A stretch of DNA of 64,000 nucleotides from Spirochaetales bacterium (GTDB lineage Bacteria; Spirochaetota; Spirochaetia; JABEVK01). Shown here one piece after another: positions 48,374 through 57,860 of this stretch. Position numbers and translations under genes: made by a program. Positions within the stretch are counted from its first letter, which is position 1, and the number at the start of each line of letters is the position of its first letter. Under the pieces are notes generated by a model. That model saw only the letters and a program-made list of their open reading frames with translations. It did no database searches and had not been told where the DNA came from. The stretch spans positions 24,318-88,317 of the forward strand of contig JBAXAI010000016.1 in assembly GCA_037142615.1 (NCBI GenBank), written 5' to 3'.

Positions 48374-48386
48374 CTGTTCCTCCGTC

Positions 48387-50558
48387 CTAGATGGTGAACT
48401 TGGCGACGAGCTTCTCGAGGTTGCTCGCAAGACCTGCCAAGGCCTGGGCGCTCCCCGAGACGTTCGAGATTTCCGTGGCGTTCTTTTGGGCAACACCGCG
48501 AACCGCCTGAACCGAGTCCGAGATTCCCGTGAGGCCGGCTGCCGATTCGGCCACGCGCCGGGCCACTTCTTCGGTCGCTTGGCTGGCCCCGTCGATGGAC
48601 CCCGAGATCTCGTGCATGGTCGCTGTCTGTTCTTCCACCGCGCCGGCAATCGTGTGCGAAATCTGGTCGATCTCGTTGATGATGGCCGAAATGCCCCCAA
48701 TGGCCGTTACCGCGTCGGCCGTGCGGATGCCCATGCCTTCGATCTGTTGGCGTACGCGTTCGGTGGCCTGGGCGGTTTGATGCGCCAGTTCCTTCACTTC
48801 GTTGGCAACCACCGCGAAACCCTTGCCCTGCTGTCCGGCCCGCGCAGCTTCGATCGTGGCGTTGAGCGCCAGCAGGTTCGTCTGGTCGGCGATGGCGTTG
48901 ATCACCGAAATGATCCCCTCAATTTCGTGGCTGGCCTTCTCGAGCTCGGTAATGAGGTCTTTGACGGCCTTGGCGTCGGTGGTGGCCTTGCCAGTGATCA
49001 CCGATTCGTGGGCGCAGCTGCGTGACACTTCGGTGAGCGAGGCATTCATTTGAGCAATGGCATCGGCAACACCCTTCACCGAAACCGACATTTCCTCGGT
49101 ACCAGCGGCAATGCTGTTCATCGCCACCGACGAGTTTCCGGTCGACGAAGCGATCGAAGCCACCTGCTCCGACTCCTGCTGAGACCCTTCGGCCAGAGAC
49201 GTGGCTCCGTGAGCCAAAGTTTCCGAAGCGGCCGACAACGACGTGGCATTGCTGCGCACTTCTTCAATGATCGACCGGAGCTTGGAAATCAGAGTGTTGA
49301 AAACGCGGGCAACGTCTCCCACCTCGTCCTTCCGTTGCAGAGAAATCTGACGCGTCAGGTCGTCGGTTTCGGTGATTTCACGAATCACGGCTACCACCGA
49401 AAGCACCTGGCGGCGCTTGCGTTCCAACATCACGATCACCAGAAGCACCAGGCCGGTGGCGAGCAGGAGGGCCGCAAAAAGGCCGATGATCTGCCAAAGC
49501 GAGCCAGACTGGAACGAAGCCATTGCTGCGGGGTCAAAACGGTAGAAGAGCTGCCATTCGCTGGCATCGGGAATGTTCAGTTTTGCCGAGATAATGGACG
49601 GATCCTTCGACTGGTCGCGCAGCATGGCGCTGACTTTGTCGGTGAGCTGCGGATCACGGCGGTCGCCAACCAGGAACCCGGTCTTGGCGTTGACGAGCAC
49701 GAAGTTACCCATTTGAGCAGGCATCGTGAAGCCGGCAGCCTGAGCGTTCTTCTGGTCGTCTTCCGTCAGGATCAAGTAAGGAACGCCCAGCAGGAGCGCT
49801 TCCAAAACGTTGGTACGGATCACCGTGGTGATCATGCCCAGGTAGGCTCCGGAAGGCGAGTAGAACGGCGTCGAGTAGCTGATGCCGTCGGCATCGTGCA
49901 CGTTGCCCTTGGCCACAGAAAGGTACTGGGTGTTGTCGCAGGTACGCATCACGGGGCTCGAAAGCGCCGGAATCTTGTCGAGCTCGGAGAAGTTGAAGGT
50001 TGGGAAGTTCGCTTGGAAGTACGCCAGGGCCGTTGGGTAGTAAGTGTACTCTGCCACCTCCGACTGGTCGGGCACGTCGGCCGAGGCGACCTGGGCTGCG
50101 CCGCCGTCGGCACCCGCCTTGGTCTTGTCGATGATCAGCGTGTCGTACATGAAGAAAGGCACCTCGCCCGCGCTGGCGTTGAGGCCGTTGAGCACGCCGT
50201 AGACTTCGGAAATGCTGGCGCTCGAAGCCAGGTTGTTGTACAGCTGTTGGGCGCAGAGGTCAGACTCGACGCTGAAACGCTTCAGCGCGACGATATCCTG
50301 ATCGGCATTGGCCCGGTTCTTCCCTGTCATCGCGCGGACGCCAGGAAGCAGCGAAATAGTGCGGTCGGTGTGGTAAGCGGCTTGGAAGGCAGACTCGATG
50401 GATCCCTTCACGGTTTCGAAGTGGTCGGCAAGCAAAGCCTTCTTTTGAAGGTCCAACCGGCCCTGGTAGTCCTGAAACAGAAAAAAAGCCAAGCCGACTG
50501 CCAGCACGACACCCGCTGCGATGACTCCTAAGACCTTTCTTGCAAAAGCTGAGTTCAT
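48387..50558 (-). CDS. methyl-accepting chemotaxis protein
   Basis: TM - large periplasmic domain - TM - HAMP - [20 protein letters not shown]; AAGGAG RBS before ATG 50558. Confidence 0.94.
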   Translation of the reverse strand: MNSAFARKVLGVIAAGVVLAVGLAFFLFQDYQGRLDLQKKALLADHFETVKGSIESAFQAAYHTDRTISLLPGVRAMTGKNRANADQDIVALKRFSVESDLCAQQLYNNLASSASISEVYGVLNGLNASAGEVPFFMYDTLIIDKTKAGADGGAAQVASADVPDQSEVAEYTYYPTALAYFQANFPTFNFSELDKIPALSSPVMRTCDNTQYLSVAKGNVHDADGISYSTPFYSPSGAYLGMITTVIRTNVLEALLLGVPYLILTEDDQKNAQAAGFTMPAQMGNFVLVNAKTGFLVGDRRDPQLTDKVSAMLRDQSKDPSIISAKLNIPDASEWQLFYRFDPAAMASFQSGSLWQIIGLFAALLLATGLVLLVIVMLERKRRQVLSVVAVIREITETDDLTRQISLQRKDEVGDVARVFNTLISKLRSIIEEVRSNATSLSAASETLAHGATSLAEGSQQESEQVASIASSTGNSSVAMNSIAAGTEEMSVSVKGVADAIAQMNASLTEVSRSCAHESVITGKATTDAKAVKDLITELEKASHEIEGIISVINAIADQTNLLALNATIEAARAGQQGKGFAVVANEVKELAHQTAQATERVRQQIEGMGIRTADAVTAIGGISAIINEIDQISHTIAGAVEEQTATMHEISGSIDGASQATEEVARRVAESAAGLTGISDSVQAVRGVAQKNATEISNVSGSAQALAGLASNLEKLVAKFTI

Positions 50559-50714
50559 GGTCACTCTCCTTGAGGCCATAGTAATAGAGTTATTGGAGAT
50601 TGTAAAGATTTACTCGTAAATATCTTGATTTTTTTGTAAGAGACCCAAAAAACACGCCTTGGGATGATACTCCAAAATCTCTAATAGGTGTATAGTACAG
50701 TGGTGGGGTGACAT

Positions 50715-51161
50715 GTGCTCTATCATTGTGAAGACGACAATCTGCTGGTGAAAGTGGGCCCGGGCCCGCAACTCATGATCTCGAGGGACTGTGGTACGAC
50801 CTGGGTACCGTTGACGCCCGAGTCGGCGTCGAGCTCAATGCTTGGTCCGTACGAACCGCAAGTGCATTGCCGGGCCGAAACGGCCGACGGCCGACGCATC
50901 GTCGCTGGCGAAAATCCGGGGTCGATCTGGATCTCGAACGACGCCGGGACGACCTGGGAGCGAAAGACGGTCGGCCCACAACTACACAGGCGCCATTGGG
51001 TTTCGGTGGCCATCTCGGCCGATGAGCGCCGGATTTCGGGAGTGGTTCGGCTGACCCGCGAAGGCTTGGCCGTTGTCTACGTTTCTGACAACTGGGGAGA
51101 ATCGTGGTACCGGGCCAGGGAGTTTTCCATAACCGACGAACCAACGCAAAACGCGAGCTGA
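50715..51161 (+). CDS. small Asp-box (BNR) repeat protein
   Basis: ISRDCGTTW, ISNDAGTTW and VSDNWGESW repeats. Confidence 0.55.
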   Translation: MLYHCEDDNLLVKVGPGPQLMISRDCGTTWVPLTPESASSSMLGPYEPQVHCRAETADGRRIVAGENPGSIWISNDAGTTWERKTVGPQLHRRHWVSVAISADERRISGVVRLTREGLAVVYVSDNWGESWYRAREFSITDEPTQNAS

Positions 51162-51213
51162 CACCCAGTCTCGAGTTTGACGGTCAAAAGGAGCTACCCT
51201 TTCGCTTTTGCCA

Positions 51214-51426
51214 GGAGCCTGTCGGACTTAGGGTTTCGGATCCATTCGGAGCGAGTTTCGAGGATGATTTTGGATCGGAAAGAGCCTCGAATCGAGATTC
51301 GGGGCGACTGACGGGCCGGAATCAGACCGAAAGACGCCCGAATGGACCGAAAGACCTTTGGACGCCGGGTTTTGGACGAGCCCCAGGGGCTCGCCCAAAA
51401 CCCGGCCCCTAAGTCCGACAGGCTCC
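51214..51426. mobile_element. MITE-like element with perfect 20-bp terminal inverted repeats
   Basis: GGAGCCTGTCGGACTTAGGG ... CCCTAAGTCCGACAGGCTCC; internal hairpins; no transposase. Confidence 0.72.
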
Positions 51427-53394
51427 AAGGCGAAGGGCGTGCTGGGCGAGCGTGTTCTGCAGGGTCTTGAACTCAAAAGGTTTGGCCATCAACTCGGTGC
51501 AGGGGGTCCGTTCCAACAGGTCCAGCACCGCCTGATCGGCCAAGCCTGTCACCACCAGCACCCACAAATCAGGCTCGCGGCGGCGCAGTTCGGCCAAGGT
51601 CGCGGGGCCACCCAAACCAGGCATGTTCATGTCCAAAAGAACCAAGTCAAAGGGCTGAGAACCCAGAGCAGCCAGAGCGGCTTCGCCGGACCCATAGCCA
51701 ACCGGTTGCGTTCCGAGCGCTTCCAAAAGCCCGAGGCAGGAGTCGCGCATGATCTCGTCGTCGTCGACCAGCATGACGTGCAGGGGCGGCAAGGAGGACA
51801 ACGCAGAAGTGGGGTCGTGGGGAGCCGGGGTTGGGACAGCGAGCGACGAAGCTGGAAAAGTCAGCGTAACGCGGGTTCCCTGGCCGACAGAACTGTCGAG
51901 GTTGAGCGTGCCGCGGTGGGCCTGCACCACCGAATAGACCATCGACAAGCCGAGCCCCGTGCCTTTTCCGACAGGCTTGGTGGTGTAGAACGGGTCGAGA
52001 GCCCGCGACAGTACCTCGGCATCCATGCCGACCCCATTGTCGGCAACCTCGATGGCAACAAAAGCGCCGTCGTTGCGGGTGCTGAGGGTAATGGTCGGAG
52101 CGGTGACGGTGGGCCCCAGGGCATCGAGCGAATTGAGGCAGAGGTTCATCAGGGCCAGCCCCAGCGACCCGGAATCGCCCTCCATAGTCTGCAAGAAGGG
52201 TTCGAGCTGGGTGCGAACCTCCACGCGGGCCATCGTCGTGTGCTTCAGAAGATTCAGTTGCTCGCGTATGAGCGCGTTCCAGTCCAGCGGCTTGGTCTCG
52301 GCAGGCTTTTTTCGCGAAAAGTTCAGCAGCGAGGCCACGGTTTCTGCTCCCCGGCGCACCGCCTTTTCGATGGTGGTGAACGCACGAAAAGCGACAGATT
52401 CGGGGGGGAGCGTGACCAACTGAATGGCACCCACCGCCGAAATCGCCGCCAGCGTGTTGTTGATGTCGTGGGCAACCCCACCGGCCAGCAAGCCCAGACT
52501 TTCCATCTTTTGCGACTGCATCAACTGCCGCTCCAACGACAACCGGGTCGCTTCCTGGGCCCGCTTTTCGGTCACGTCACGAATCACACCGACGTAGTGC
52601 GTGAGGACTCCGTCGGCGTTGCAAACCTCATTGATCAGCAGGTCGTTCCAAAAGGTGGTGCCGTCCTTGCGGTAGTTGAGAATTTCGCCCACGAACCCCT
52701 TGCCGCCGGCCAGGGCCCTGCGAATGCTTTCCACCTGGGCAGCGTCGCTGAGGGGGCCCTGAAGAAGGCGGCAGTTGCGTCCGACGATGTCTTGTTGTGC
52801 ATACCCTGTCATGTCGATGAACGCCTGGTTCACCGATCGGACAAGGCGATCGGGCCCGGTGACGATCACGCCCTGGCTCACGGCCAGAAGAGTGTGGTAG
52901 CCCAACAGGACGCTTTCCTCGGCGGCCCGACGGACACTGATATCCGAAAGAACGATGCGAACCTGGCCCTCGGGGTCCTGTTCGCTCCGGGTCATCGTCA
53001 GATGCGCCCAAAACGACTGTTCCGAAGGCCTGAGAAGCCGCACCTCTACCTCGCCGGCACGACCCTCGGCCAGAACTTGGCGCCGCACCCGGTAGAACGC
53101 GTCGAGGTCGTCGCTGTGCATAAACTGGCTGAACCGATGTTGAACCAGATCTCCGCGGCGGAGGCCGAGCAAAGTGGTCGAGGTGAGGTTAGCCTGCACA
53201 ATGAGCCCGTCGGGGCTGACGGTGCAGTACCCGACGGGGGCCAACTCGTACAGGTCAAAGTACAAACTCCTTGAGGCGTCAAGTTCGGCCTGAATGCGCC
53301 GCAGTTCCTCGTTCTGCATCTGAAGTTCCACTTGATGCACGCGAAGAGCCTCGAGGATAGCCTCGGGAGAAGATGAACTGTGGTGGTCAGTCAT
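51409..53394 (-). CDS. PAS-PAS hybrid sensor histidine kinase
   Basis: ELQMQNEEL coil, two PAS domains (second has GRNCRLLQG), AHDINN, DNGVG, GTGLGL and REC. Confidence 0.92.
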   Translation of the reverse strand: MTDHHSSSSPEAILEALRVHQVELQMQNEELRRIQAELDASRSLYFDLYELAPVGYCTVSPDGLIVQANLTSTTLLGLRRGDLVQHRFSQFMHSDDLDAFYRVRRQVLAEGRAGEVEVRLLRPSEQSFWAHLTMTRSEQDPEGQVRIVLSDISVRRAAEESVLLGYHTLLAVSQGVIVTGPDRLVRSVNQAFIDMTGYAQQDIVGRNCRLLQGPLSDAAQVESIRRALAGGKGFVGEILNYRKDGTTFWNDLLINEVCNADGVLTHYVGVIRDVTEKRAQEATRLSLERQLMQSQKMESLGLLAGGVAHDINNTLAAISAVGAIQLVTLPPESVAFRAFTTIEKAVRRGAETVASLLNFSRKKPAETKPLDWNALIREQLNLLKHTTMARVEVRTQLEPFLQTMEGDSGSLGLALMNLCLNSLDALGPTVTAPTITLSTRNDGAFVAIEVADNGVGMDAEVLSRALDPFYTTKPVGKGTGLGLSMVYSVVQAHRGTLNLDSSVGQGTRVTLTFPASSLAVPTPAPHDPTSALSSLPPLHVMLVDDDEIMRDSCLGLLEALGTQPVGYGSGEAALAALGSQPFDLVLLDMNMPGLGGPATLAELRRREPDLWVLVVTGLADQAVLDLLERTPCTELMAKPFEFKTLQNTLAQHALRLGACRT

Positions 53395-56305
53395 GAAGGA
53401 CCTCCTGCAATCGCTCGGTGGTGGCAATCGCGTACATGTTGCCAGCCGAATTGACCAAGGCAGTCGAGACCAGCGTCACTGCGAGCACCCTACCGTCCTT
53501 GGTCAGGCGCTGGGTTTCGTAGGGCAGCAGCACTTTGGCCAAGCTGAGTTCGTGCACCTGGCTGAGCGCGCTTGCCCGCAACGGCAGGGGCACGCGGTCG
53601 CGCACATTCAGCGTCAGAGCTTCGGACTGCGTCCAGCCGTACAGTCGCTCGGCGCCAGAGTTCCAGGCCAGCATTTTGCCTTCGAGGTCCTGCACCGTGA
53701 CCGCATCGTGAGAGTCGCGTACGACGACAGCCAACCGCGCCAGGTCGAGGGCCTCGGCCAGCGCGCGGCGGGCTTCGAGCACTTCGGAAATATCGACAAA
53801 CGAAATCACGGCGCCCTCGATCACTTGGTCGAGCGTGCGGTAGGGCTGAATCCGCATCTTGTACGACTGGCCGTCCTGCGACTGCACAATGCCTTCGTGG
53901 GGCACCAAAGTGTCGAGCACCGCGTGAATGTCGGCGACCAAGGTGTCGTAGCCGGCCAGGCGGGTCATGATGTGGCCCAGATTCCGCCCCAAGTCACCGG
54001 CAATCAGGTGCACCAAACGTTTGGCGTCGGGCGTGAAACGCAAAATATTGAGCTCGTGGTCGACGAAGATGATGCCGATCCCGGTTCCGGCGAGCAGGTT
54101 GTTCATGTCGTTGTTGGCGTGCGACAGGTCGCCGACTTTGGCCTGCAACTCGGCATTCACCGTGGCCAACTCTTCGTTCACCGACTGCAGTTCTTCCTTG
54201 GAGGTTTCGAGTTCCTCGTTGGTGGCCTGCAGTTCCTCGTTCACCGACTGCATCTCTTCGTTGGCTGACTTTAGCTCCTCGTTGGAACTTTCGAGCTCCT
54301 CGAGGGCAGAAAGCAGAAAGTCATCCTTTTCGCGCAGTTCGCGCTGCAGGCCGACAATACGGGTCTCGGTCACCTCGCCGAGCGACAAGGGCACCTCGGT
54401 TGGCGGGGTCTGCTCGGCGACTCCGTCGAGAGTCACCAGGAAAAGGGGGCCCTCGGGGCCCTCCTTGGCACCGAGGGGACGGATCGTCAGGTTGACACAG
54501 ACCTTCCGTCCGTTCACCTCGACGAGCAACTGGGGGCTGAACACCTGCTCGTCCAGTTTGGCTGCCTTGTGGAGCGCGACGGTCACCTCGCTCCGTAACC
54601 CTTCGCGGGCCATCACGAGCAGGTTGCTGGCAGCGACTTCGCCGGCCACCGACACCAGGTAGTCGCCCATGTTTCCATGCAAAAACAAGAGTGTTCCCTG
54701 CGCGTTCACCAAGGCGGACGGCGGCGTCGCCTTTTCCAGGAGCGCGTTTTCGGTGATGGTCCGAAGGCTCGGTCGCGTCGCAACGCTGGCCTTGGGCTTG
54801 CGGGTCGTCCGCGATACGGCATCCGAGGGCGGCAGAAAAACCGTGACGTCCTGCCTCAAGGCGATGGATTTTTCATCGAGCCGCCGGAACAGCTTGGCCT
54901 TGCGGTTGGTGGTTTCAAACAGATTTGAGTGTTCGCCTATGCCTTCGGAGTTGCCCAAAAACAGGGCTCCCCGGGGAATCAGGGCGTAATGGAACAGCGG
55001 AATCAGGCGTTTCTGCAGGTCGGCATTCAGGTAAATCAGCAAGTTTCGGCAACACACCAGATCAAGGCGCGAAAACGGCGGATCACGGATCAGGTCCTGT
55101 TCCGAAAAGACCAGCAGGTCGCGAATGGTCTTGTGGATGCGGTAGCCGCCACCGTCGGGCTCGGCAACAAAGTAGCGCGCCAGCCGCTCGGGGGTCACGT
55201 CGGCGGCGATGCTGGCCGAATATAGCCCCGAGCGGGCAGCCGAGACCGACCGGCTGTCGAGGTCGGTGGCAAACACTTGCAGCACAAAGTTTTGCTTCAG
55301 GCTCGACTGATGCTCGTGGAGCAAAATCGCCAGCGAATAGGCCTCTTCGCCGGTAGAACAACCCACCGACCACACGCGAACCACGTCGCCGGGAGCCTTG
55401 TGCACAAACAGCTCGGGGATGACCTTGGTCTCGAGCACTTGGTACGCCTCGGGATCGCGGAAGAAGCCGGTGACGCCGATGAGCAGGTCGTGAAACAGTT
55501 CCTGAACTTCGGCAGGGGTCACCTGGAGGAAATGTACGTAGTGGCCGAGTTCGGCGATCTGGTGCACCGCCAGGCGCCTTTCGATGCGCCTTTGGAGCGT
55601 GCTGAGTTTGTACTGCGAAAAGTCGTGGCCCGTGTGCGAGCGAAGCAGCGCAAAGATCTTTTTGAGGGCTGTTTCGGCAAAAGACCGGGGGATTTCGAGC
55701 GACTTGGCCGCCGGGCCAAACGCCGAGGCAGCGAAAGCCAGAAGCTTGGCGGGCATCTCGGCCGGCTCCAGCTCAAAATCGACCAACCCGGTGTTGAGGG
55801 CGTTTTGCGGCATGCCGGCGAACTCGGTGGTGGCAAGAGTCTGGGCGAGAACCAGGCCCCCTTCGGCCTTGATGGCCCGCAGGCCCAGGCTGCCGTCGCT
55901 GCCGGTGCCCGACAGCACGATGCCGATGGCTCGTTCGTGCTGGTCGAGCGCCAACGACCGGAAAAAAGAATCGATGGGCAAGCGTTGACCCCGGGGAGCG
56001 GCGGGTTCCAGCAGTTGCAGGGTACCGCTCATCAGCGTCAAGTCGAAACCCGGCGGTATGATATACACGCAGTTGGCCGCGACCGCCATCCCGTCGGTCA
56101 CTTCGTGAACGGGCATACGTGTGCAGCGTTGGATCAACTCGGCCAAAAGGCTTTTGTGGTCGGGAGCCAAGTGCTGAACCAGCACAAAGGCCATGTTCGG
56201 CTCGTCGGGCATCCGCGAAAAAAAGTCCTCAAACGCCGACAAACCGCCGGCAGAGGCTCCGATGCCGACAATGGGGTAGAGCAACACGGGACTTAACAGG
56301 GGCAA
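53387..56305 (-). CDS. CheB-CheR-PAS fusion protein
   Basis: GASAGG, SGTGSDG, VTGFFRD, GCSTGEEAYS, NEELQ coiled coil and PAS domains. Confidence 0.92.
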   Translation of the reverse strand: MPLLSPVLLYPIVGIGASAGGLSAFEDFFSRMPDEPNMAFVLVQHLAPDHKSLLAELIQRCTRMPVHEVTDGMAVAANCVYIIPPGFDLTLMSGTLQLLEPAAPRGQRLPIDSFFRSLALDQHERAIGIVLSGTGSDGSLGLRAIKAEGGLVLAQTLATTEFAGMPQNALNTGLVDFELEPAEMPAKLLAFAASAFGPAAKSLEIPRSFAETALKKIFALLRSHTGHDFSQYKLSTLQRRIERRLAVHQIAELGHYVHFLQVTPAEVQELFHDLLIGVTGFFRDPEAYQVLETKVIPELFVHKAPGDVVRVWSVGCSTGEEAYSLAILLHEHQSSLKQNFVLQVFATDLDSRSVSAARSGLYSASIAADVTPERLARYFVAEPDGGGYRIHKTIRDLLVFSEQDLIRDPPFSRLDLVCCRNLLIYLNADLQKRLIPLFHYALIPRGALFLGNSEGIGEHSNLFETTNRKAKLFRRLDEKSIALRQDVTVFLPPSDAVSRTTRKPKASVATRPSLRTITENALLEKATPPSALVNAQGTLLFLHGNMGDYLVSVAGEVAASNLLVMAREGLRSEVTVALHKAAKLDEQVFSPQLLVEVNGRKVCVNLTIRPLGAKEGPEGPLFLVTLDGVAEQTPPTEVPLSLGEVTETRIVGLQRELREKDDFLLSALEELESSNEELKSANEEMQSVNEELQATNEELETSKEELQSVNEELATVNAELQAKVGDLSHANNDMNNLLAGTGIGIIFVDHELNILRFTPDAKRLVHLIAGDLGRNLGHIMTRLAGYDTLVADIHAVLDTLVPHEGIVQSQDGQSYKMRIQPYRTLDQVIEGAVISFVDISEVLEARRALAEALDLARLAVVVRDSHDAVTVQDLEGKMLAWNSGAERLYGWTQSEALTLNVRDRVPLPLRASALSQVHELSLAKVLLPYETQRLTKDGRVLAVTLVSTALVNSAGNMYAIATTERLQEVLHD

Positions 56306-56355
56306 CCTCCTTCTGCCCGAAGTATAGACCCATCGTCAGCGGAATGAAAGGAAGT

Positions 56356-57567
56356 TCAAAACCCCAGCGCGTAGGTCACATCGAGCAGTTCAGCATACGT
56401 GGTCACACCCAGTTTGACCCGCCAGCGGTTGAACTCCGCGTAGGCGCACAGCCCGAACACATCGGAGCTGATGCCCTGGTAGCCGACTCCCAGGCGGAAG
56501 CTGTCGCCAAAAGGAAAATACACCCCGCCGCTGTAGCCGAGGTCGGTGCTGGCGATATCGAGGTCAGCAAACCAGCCCATCGAGGGCGAAATAGCATTGG
56601 TAAAGCCCACCGTGAGCCCGTTCGTGCTGGCGTACGAAGACGCGGCAACCATAACCCCGACGGGGATGCGCCAAGTGCTGGCGCTCGGCGTTGCGCTCGG
56701 CGCAGGCTCGGCGGCAGGTGCGGGCTCGACTACAGGCTTGCTCACCACGGCAGCAGGGGTTACCACAGGGGCCACGCCCCCGGACTTTCCGGTCAGGTAG
56801 AAGTTGGCAGTCAAGCTGCTGTTGATCCAGGGCTTTTGCGTACCCCCAGAAACCGTGCGAACCTCGCCCGAAACTTTCTTGAACACATCTTCGATCTGCA
56901 GATCGGCAGCCATGTACTTGAGCAGCGCGGCGGTAAACACGCCGTTGCGCGCGGTGCCATCTTGCGCCACATCGCCGGGACTGGTCGAGAACATCACGGC
57001 CGAGCCCTGCGCCCCGGCGTTATTCGGTACCGCCGACAGGCCGCGGGTCCCGCCCAACGAACGGGTCATCTTTTTGACAAACGGATTGTCACGGCAGGCG
57101 TCGAGAATGACCAGCGACACGCCCACCCTCGCCTCTTCCATGGCGCCGGTGACGAGGTCGATGCTCAGCGCCTCGGACTTCACGTCTTCGACCGACTCAA
57201 GCTGCGCATCAACAGGAACCAGAAAGTTGGCCCCTGCAACCTGGATGCCGTGCCCGGCGTAGTAAAACAGCGCGCTGGCACCCACACTCTGACCCAAATC
57301 GTTTTTGAAGGTGGTGATGGCCTTGTTGAAGGCTCGCCTGTCCACATCGGTGGCCAAAGTGACCTTCCAACCGAGTTTTTTCAGCCCGGCGGCGACATCG
57401 CTGGCGTCGTTGGTCGGGTTCTTCAGGGTTGCATCGCCACCGTAGGCCGAGTTTCCCACCACAAGCGCCAAGCGTGCAGGCTCGGCCGCTGCCAGATTTC
57501 CCGCCACGGCCGTAGAGAGTGCGAACACGAGGGCCAAAGTGACAAGACGAAACGATATTCGCAGCAT
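56356..57567 (-). CDS. secreted caspase-family (peptidase C14) protein with a C-terminal beta-rich domain
   Basis: Signal peptide; ALVVGNSAY, FYYAGHG, LDACRDNP and QKPW; Pro/Ala linker; ends ...YALGF. Confidence 0.88.
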   Translation of the reverse strand: MLRISFRLVTLALVFALSTAVAGNLAAAEPARLALVVGNSAYGGDATLKNPTNDASDVAAGLKKLGWKVTLATDVDRRAFNKAITTFKNDLGQSVGASALFYYAGHGIQVAGANFLVPVDAQLESVEDVKSEALSIDLVTGAMEEARVGVSLVILDACRDNPFVKKMTRSLGGTRGLSAVPNNAGAQGSAVMFSTSPGDVAQDGTARNGVFTAALLKYMAADLQIEDVFKKVSGEVRTVSGGTQKPWINSSLTANFYLTGKSGGVAPVVTPAAVVSKPVVEPAPAAEPAPSATPSASTWRIPVGVMVAASSYASTNGLTVGFTNAISPSMGWFADLDIASTDLGYSGGVYFPFGDSFRLGVGYQGISSDVFGLCAYAEFNRWRVKLGVTTYAELLDVTYALGF

Positions 57568-57665
57568 GGAAATCCTCCGATGGTGGCCATCTTGGCACCG
57601 AAGCTCGAAGAGGATCAAGGGCGGTCGGGGGACAGACCTAGTCGGTCGGTCACGGCGCTCGCCGT

Positions 57666-57860
57666 TGTCGTAGTTCTACGATATCCGGCAGGCGCGAACC
57701 CCCTGAGGATGATCACGATCGAAGGAGATCGTCATGCAAGGGTTCGTTTCAGCAATACTATTTCCCGTTTGTGTATTGGGAGGGGTCCCGTGGGCTGCGG
57801 CCCTTGAGTTCGAAGGGAGAGTTTCTCTGGGGGTGACCCTGTGAAGAATCTCAAACTTCT
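57666..57860 (+). repeat. duplicated regulatory/leader cassette, copy 1
   Basis: First 49 nt identical to 62895-62943; similarity continues into the MKNLKLL codons of the downstream gene. Confidence 0.9.
57734..57844 (+). CDS. putative 36-aa leader peptide MQGFVSAILFPVCVLGGVPWAAALEFEGRVSLGVTL
   Basis: AAGGAG-N6-ATG; TGA overlaps the downstream GTG (GTGA); homologous ORF at 62963. Confidence 0.55.
   Translation: MQGFVSAILFPVCVLGGVPWAAALEFEGRVSLGVTL

Noticed and set aside
57703-57730. Hammerhead core CUGAGGA in the duplicated leader
   Set aside because: No stem II followed by GAAA is conserved in both copies.
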